From positions 98,868,397 to 98,932,396 of the forward strand of contig CM097887.1 of assembly GCA_044892525.1 (NCBI GenBank): a stretch of DNA of 64,000 nt, given 5' to 3'. Of this stretch, positions 62,488 through 64,000 are shown piece by piece (position 1 is the stretch's first letter; every line of letters begins with the position of its first letter). Under the pieces are notes generated by a model. It was not told where the DNA came from and did no database searches. It worked only from the letters and a program-made list of their open reading frames with translations. The position numbers and the translations under genes were made by a program. The stretch comes from Schmidtea polychroa (Eukaryota).

Positions 62488-64000
62488 AAAAACAATGATT
62501 CGCTATGCAACACCTTATCTCAGTACCAAATTGCAAATTCTTCATTACAGAATGTAGATTCTATAAATACATTAACAATGTCTCAACAATCTGTTCAAGT
62601 TCAACTCCCTGGCATTGGAAATTTTCTACTTCAAATTCCTTCAAATTTTAAAGCTGGAGATCCTATTACTTTACCTTTAAATTTACCTTTAACACCATTA
62701 TCTCAAACATCTGGTGTTAATCCTATTTCAATACATACAGGTCAGTTAATGTCGAATCAGTTGCTTTCACTTTATAGTCCGTCCGCAAACTTAAATATAT
62801 CTGCTGGCAAAAAGATGAGAGCTATCGCTCCAAAACCTTCTAAACCGACATATCGTCAACCATTAATTGCACCTAAAACAAATAGTCCCAATGCACTCGT
62901 AAATAATTCAGATGGGATAAGTACTTCTGCTCTTCCAGCTCCTGCTGGTCCTGGAAGACGTAAAGGTAACAAAGGTAAAAAGTCCGGCCGTAAAAGGGGA
63001 GCTCCAGCAAAATCTCATAAGAATTCCAGTTATGCTTCTTCAACGCACAGCATAGACAGTCAAGATGCACCTCAATATAATGAAAGCAGTAATACATTGA
63101 AACAAAATTGCAATAGTTCTATGAGTACTCGTAGTACATATCAATGCAATTATTATGTAAATAATGATTCATCAGATTATTTAAATCAGTCCCATATTGC
63201 TATTTCACATTCGTACAACGAACTTAATTCAAATACTCTTTTGGATAATTCAGATTCAGGTGAAAAGGATCTTCTTTCTTTGGCTTGGGAGATATCTAAC
63301 GCTGAATTAGGCAATTCCGATGACTTTTCAACTGCTTATAATTTATATGATCCAAATAATTTAGGAACAGATAATTTTGTATCGAGTGAAATTCTAGATC
63401 AATTTTTACAAAATATACAAAAAGATGACATTACAGAACTTAACAGATGTTCTGCTCCTCAGATAAATATTGACTCTAGAGTATCATATGCATCCTCTTT
63501 CACAACATTACCTCCTTGCAGTACAGTTTTACCTTCTGTAGCCACAACAACTTATTTAAATAATTATTCAAGTAACTCATCGAATATTGAACTTCCACAG
63601 TGTATCGAAATTGCCGAAGTTGTTAATCTTAACACAGAAGACATGTTAACTGAATTAGAGAAAGAAGAAAATGCTCTTCTTGACAAATTTGTAGCCCAAT
63701 ATGGAACCAATAGTCAAAATGAACTCTTAAGATGTGATTCTCAATCTGTGATTTCTGTGTCTTTGCCATCATCTGTCGATTGCACTATAATGAATAAAAT
63801 CAATAACTGTCATAAAACAATTGATTCCAATTGCGAAAATAATTTAGCAACCGAAGTTTCAGAAAAAGAAATTGATCTCAATATTAAAGAATCCAACGAA
63901 CTTTCAGAAATAGCTAAACAAATTGAAATATCATGTAGTTCATCACACCAAGATACTGAAACAACTTTAAAATCTAAAATTTTTGGTCTCTGTGAAAATA
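62488..64000 (+). CDS. Large open exon (>500 codons, runs off the window): Ser/Asn-rich low-complexity protein with RAIAPKP and PLIAPK motifs and a basic GRRKGNKGKKSGRKRG tract; probable nuclear regulator, family unassigned
   Basis: Hand translation in frame 1 from acceptor tttatag (62487) shows no stop through 64000. It is missing from the ORF track presumably because no stop lies inside the window. Confidence 0.85.

Noticed and set aside
371-63097. Remaining short track ORFs (e.g. 371, 8208, 11938, 12851, 14168, 26164, 29548, 32570, 35628, 39107, 43001, 61555, 61663, 62873)
   Set aside because: They have AT-codon-biased composition (F/I/K/L/N/Y-rich), no motifs or splice support, or overlap MITEs or the opposite strand of real exons.
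1-64000. Assigning a species
   Set aside because: AT richness, 45-48 nt introns and the TE spectrum would fit a flatworm-like or similar invertebrate, but nothing here is diagnostic without a database search.

Overview
This is a very AT-rich eukaryotic (metazoan-type) genomic window with four N-gaps, not a prokaryotic locus; I found no CRISPR, rRNA or tRNA genes. It holds two divergently oriented spliced genes. (1) A complete minus-strand ARID3/dead ringer-family transcription factor gene with six coding exons over 8503-34989 (about 607 aa). The ORF track shows only pieces of it: I rebuilt the ARID domain and the C-terminal REKLES-beta-like motif by reading splice sites. (2) A plus-strand gene of unknown family starting at 48567, whose largest exon (62488 to past the window end, >500 codons) is missing from the ORF track. 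The rest is dense transposon material: a structurally complete 4630-bp Ty3/gypsy element (168-bp LTRs with AGT...ACT ends, 5-bp TSD, tRNA-Arg-like PBS, -1 slippery site, disabled pol); a Tigger/pogo element interrupted by a hAT MITE; several hAT, Tc1 and gypsy relics; about ten MITEs with recognisable TSDs; a Helitron-like element; an unclassified foldback repeat family; and two minisatellites. I see no clearly new biological system. The best leads are the unassigned gene, the compact LTR element architecture and the foldback family. All coordinates and translations were read by hand and no database search was run.
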